A stretch of DNA of 28,309 nucleotides from a virus (lineage: Duplodnaviria; Heunggongvirae; Uroviricota; Caudoviricetes): IMG/VR virus record IMGVR_UViG_3300035492_000070; one strand, written 5' to 3'. This document shows positions 25,586 through 28,309 of this stretch, in pieces (within the stretch, counting starts at the first letter, position 1; each line of letters opens with the position of its first letter). The translations under genes and the position numbers were made by a program. The notes beneath the pieces were generated by a model. It made no database searches. It saw only the letters and a list, made by a program, of their open reading frames with translations, and had not been told where the DNA came from.

Positions 25586-26138
25586 ATATCACATATTTCT
25601 TATCATATAAAGTTAAAGCCTTTGATATAGAATCATTAGTTTGTGTTGCTACCTCTTCTGGTAATATGTTTAATTCGTTAATATAACGGTTTAAACCAAT
25701 TGAGCAGAATGATGCCGGAAACTTCTTAGTTTCCCAAAACCCGTGCTTAAAATTTTGAGATATATTAACATTAAAACCAATATCATGAAACCAATATTTA
25801 AAGGTTTCGTTAGTTAACTGTACCCAGAAAGGAATTCTTATAGTACGATATCCCATATTAGAGGCAATTTCTTCTTTAACAATATCACTGAGTATAACCA
25901 TTGTATCTCTGTAATGTTGGTCACCGTCAAACTCTATATGATATAAAGGTTTTGTATTTCCTAGATTATCAATCACATCAATTAAAAAGTCAAATCTTCT
26001 TTTTGTGGGTAATGCTCGAACCTCTCTTCTAATTGAATAGAAGTCTTGATTGAAAATATCGGATAAAACTTTCATTAACTTATCTTCAGTTAGATATCCT
26101 TCATAATTAGTTTCTATCATAATATGTTGTACCTTCAT
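25584..26138 (-). CDS. PD-(D/E)XK / DUF559-Vsr-like endonuclease, probable mobile endonuclease gene
   Basis: RRFDF..IEFDGDQHY..D..KE..A..GYRTIRIPFW. Start likely ATG 26138 or 26120, because the ORF-track start at 26216 overlaps the gp3 gene. AT-rich and antisense. Confidence 0.72.
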   Translation of the reverse strand: MKVQHIMIETNYEGYLTEDKLMKVLSDIFNQDFYSIRREVRALPTKRRFDFLIDVIDNLGNTKPLYHIEFDGDQHYRDTMVILSDIVKEEIASNMGYRTIRIPFWVQLTNETFKYWFHDIGFNVNISQNFKHGFWETKKFPASFCSIGLNRYINELNILPEEVATQTNDSISKALTLYDKKYVI

Positions 26139-26152
26139 AGTCGATTTTACGT

Positions 26153-26182
26153 AGTTTAAACTATAACTATGTAAATAGTCAA
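26153..26182 (-). promoter_or_regulatory. Possible sigma70 promoter for the antisense endonuclease
   Basis: Minus strand TTGACT-18 bp-TAAACT. Confidence 0.4.
26170..26177 (+). promoter_or_regulatory. Possible late promoter TGTAAATA for gp3
   Basis: One-mismatch consensus 28 nt before ATG 26205; AAGGA RBS. Confidence 0.5.
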
Positions 26183-26204
26183 TATCTTTACTAAGGACTA
26201 TTTC

Positions 26205-26705
26205 ATGACTGCTCATTTTAATCCAGCTAAATCTACCCGTTTTCTTTTAACGGTAACCAACAAACCTGACTTCACGTATCGCGCCCAAACAGCATCAATA
26301 GGTTCAATTAACCTTGGTGCTGCCCCTTTTCCTATGGGTCCACTTGATGCAAAAGTGCCAGGCAATCGGTTAGATTTTACACCTTTGACTATTCGTGTTA
26401 TAATTTCAGAAGAGTTGAGTGAATGGATTAACATCTATAAATGGATGAATGAGATCACCAAGACAAATGACTCTCATTTAGAATCTACAGAATACTCTGA
26501 ATTAACTGTACTAAATTCGCAGAACGTGCCTGTTGTTAAGGTAATATATAAAGGATTATGGCCTACTGTATTAGGTGACTTGCAGTTTAGTATAGTTGAC
26601 GATGAAGTGACTCTATTCACAGACGTGACGTTTGAATATGATAGTTACGATATTGAAATCGTAAAAACCGGAGAGCGTATTAAGTATGGGAATGAAATTA
26701 GATGA
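26205..26705 (+). CDS. gp3: Tail tube terminator/completion protein gp3
   Basis: NP....F.L........+..Q...I..I.LG.......PG..L.F..L.+..II.E.L..W..IY.WM; W P..LG.L.F; follows gp23 as in T4-like cyanophages. Confidence 0.78.
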   Translation: MTAHFNPAKSTRFLLTVTNKPDFTYRAQTASIGSINLGAAPFPMGPLDAKVPGNRLDFTPLTIRVIISEELSEWINIYKWMNEITKTNDSHLESTEYSELTVLNSQNVPVVKVIYKGLWPTVLGDLQFSIVDDEVTLFTDVTFEYDSYDIEIVKTGERIKYGNEIR

Positions 26706-27162
26706 GCTTAAAGAACTGAAGATTGAAATTAACCTTCGGTATGAGCAAGTAAAAGAGGAAATTAAACCTCAACTGGTTATTGATACGCATCGACTGGATG
26801 ATGAGTCTCTACGAACTCCTCAACTTTTCGGTGCATGGATGTCTGTTCTATCAGATGAAGGTATTAAACTTAAACAACTTCTCAATCTACAAAAGAAAGC
26901 CTACTTAGAGCGTTGGCGTTATTATAACGGAACACAGACAGACAAATACTATCATGAATATGGCATCATTCATCAGAAAATTTTAAAAACTGATATTAAT
27001 GTTTACCTTGATGCCGATGATTATCTGTGTGAAATAAAAGAAATAGTCGAAATTCAAGAACAGTTAGTTAACTTGCTTGAACGATCCATTAAAGAAATAG
27101 GCAGCCGTACATTCCATATTAAAAATGCTGTGGAGTGGAGACGTTTCGAAGCAGGTAATTAA
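26686..27162 (+). CDS. uvsY: Recombination mediator UvsY
   Basis: LDDESLRTPQL..WRYYNG..LKTDINVYLDAD..RTFHIKNAVEWRRFEAG. Confidence 0.88.
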   Translation: MGMKLDELKELKIEINLRYEQVKEEIKPQLVIDTHRLDDESLRTPQLFGAWMSVLSDEGIKLKQLLNLQKKAYLERWRYYNGTQTDKYYHEYGIIHQKILKTDINVYLDADDYLCEIKEIVEIQEQLVNLLERSIKEIGSRTFHIKNAVEWRRFEAGN

Positions 27163-27180
27163 CTCCTTTCCTTTCTTTTC

Positions 27181-27217
27181 GCTTCCTAGTTGACTAAATA
27201 ATAGAAAACTAGGAGGC
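27181..27217 (+). promoter_or_regulatory. RBS-sequestering hairpin with a late promoter in its loop
   Basis: GCTTCCTAGTT (27181-27191) pairs with AACTAGGAGGC (27207-27217), which contains AGGAGG; the loop holds ACTAAATA (27193-27200). Confidence 0.78.
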
Positions 27218-27220
27218 GCT

Positions 27221-27607
27221 ATGCGTTCACTATCTAACTTCATAAATGATACCGAAGAAAACATCATAATCCCAGGCGGATTTATGATTCCTCGGTCACA
27301 GATGCCTCAAATAAATGATATTGATTCATTTCTTAGATTACTAAATCGTTTAGAAATTAAATATGAAATATCACCTACAAGTTTGCGCGCAATACGGCCT
27401 CTTCAATCAATGGTTGATATTAATAAAATTTTAACCATGAAAAATCTGAATATTGATAAACCTGTAATTCTATCAAAAGAGAATTTCCTCTTAGACGGCC
27501 ATCATAGAGTTTTTGCTATGATAGAAAGAGGTTATAAACAAATAAATGCTATTAAGGTTAATTTAGATATAAACAAATTATTTCAATTATCACAAAATCA
27601 TTTTTAA
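27221..27607 (+). CDS. ParB/Srx-like domain protein
   Basis: IPRSQMPQI..RPLQS..KPVILSKENFLLDGHHRVFA; DGHHR is the ParB-N/sulfiredoxin motif. Confidence 0.75.
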   Translation: MRSLSNFINDTEENIIIPGGFMIPRSQMPQINDIDSFLRLLNRLEIKYEISPTSLRAIRPLQSMVDINKILTMKNLNIDKPVILSKENFLLDGHHRVFAMIERGYKQINAIKVNLDINKLFQLSQNHF

Positions 27608-27617
27608 GGTCTATTAA

Positions 27618-28309
27618 ATGTTTGATATTATCATTACCCCTATAAATGAAACATTCATTAGAATACAATGTAGAGAACCTTTTATGGAACTTGAGTTGTC
27701 TGATAGATTTTCATTTAAGGTTGCCAATGCTCAGTTTGACCCTCGTGTGCGGGCTGGTCGTTGGGATGGTGTCAAGCGTTTATATAATAGAACACACAAA
27801 AGAATTCATAAAGGGTTATTATTCGAAGTTCTTAAATTTTGTAAGAAGTTGGATTATAAGGTTAGTGTTGATCCTTCTCTGTTACCTAAACCAGGTATTA
27901 GTATGAAAGACCTGGTAGAGATTACAGAAACATTCATTCAACCACACGATAAACAAAAACCAATCAAGCCTTACGACTATCAATATAGCGCCGTTCATCA
28001 TATGTTAAATGCAGGTAGAAGTATTTGTTTGGCAGCGACTTCTGCAGGTAAGTCATTGTGTATCTATATGGCTGTGCGTATGTATCAAATGGCAGATGAA
28101 CTACAAGGTAGAACCATTATCATAGTTGTACCATCAATCATGTTGGTTGAACAGTTATACTCTGACTTTGAAAACTACTCCAATTACCCAGGTTCTAAAT
28201 GGAATACCAGTACATTTTGCCAAAAGATTTCAGGCAAGTACGGAAAACAAGTAAACAAACAGATTGTCATTACAACGTGGCAATCATTAAAGAATATGAG
28301 CCCTGCTGT
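27618..28309 (+). CDS. uvsW: UvsW SF2 helicase, 5' part, runs off the window
   Basis: Manual translation MFDIIITPINETFIRI..ELSDRFSFKV..GRWDGVKRLY..PYDYQYSAV..AATSAGKSL..IVVPSIMLVEQLYSDF..ITTWQSL; open to the window end. Confidence 0.92.
   Translation, partial: MFDIIITPINETFIRIQCREPFMELELSDRFSFKVANAQFDPRVRAGRWDGVKRLYNRTHKRIHKGLLFEVLKFCKKLDYKVSVDPSLLPKPGISMKDLVEITETFIQPHDKQKPIKPYDYQYSAVHHMLNAGRSICLAATSAGKSLCIYMAVRMYQMADELQGRTIIIVVPSIMLVEQLYSDFENYSNYPGSKWNTSTFCQKISGKYGKQVNKQIVITTWQSLKNMSPA

Noticed and set aside
22494-27906. ORFs 22494-22697, 22985-23188, 23255-23461, 23665-23865, 24972-25157, 25427-25630, 26213-26434, 27064-27267, 27646-27906
   Set aside because: Overlap gp68, gp21, gp22, gp23, gp3, uvsY or uvsW on the other strand or frame. 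27646-27906 is an alternate frame of uvsW, whose true frame starts at 27618.
1-28309. Stop-codon reassignment, introns or inteins in core genes
   Set aside because: All core genes translate intact in the standard code at ordinary lengths (gp17 568 aa, gp20 504 aa, gp44 314 aa); no splicing-element motifs seen.
1-28309. tRNA or rRNA genes
   Set aside because: No cloverleaf or T-loop signature seen in any intergenic region.

Overview
The window is the core of a T4-superfamily myophage genome (visibly AT-rich; host and species cannot be determined from sequence alone). The left arm (1-4650, minus strand) is a sigma70-driven early/replication operon: small membrane protein, bacterial-type Pnkp-like kinase plus metallophosphoesterase as two genes, gp45, gp44, gp62, regA, a RyR-domain protein and the start of a probable Dda/Pif1-like helicase. 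A roughly 470-bp gene-free strand switch (4610-5079) holds five copies of a 27-38 bp motif (three forward, two inverted), three consensus or near-consensus sigma70 promoters (two facing each other) and a pyrimidine tract; it is a candidate replication origin or ncRNA locus. The right arm (plus strand) is the late virion module: orphan, gp8, DUF4815-type protein, two small ORFs, gp13-gp23, then gp3, uvsY, a ParB-like gene and the 5' part of uvsW. This order resembles marine T4-like cyanophages more than T4 itself. Insertions in the late module are a self-contained antisense early gene between gp13 and gp14, a GIY-YIG/NUMOD3 homing endonuclease fused to a recoded duplicate of the gp68 N-terminus, an antisense PD-(D/E)XK-type endonuclease after gp23, and a ParB-like gene whose RBS is locked in a hairpin with a late promoter in the loop. 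All assignments come from motif recognition by eye; no database searches were run.
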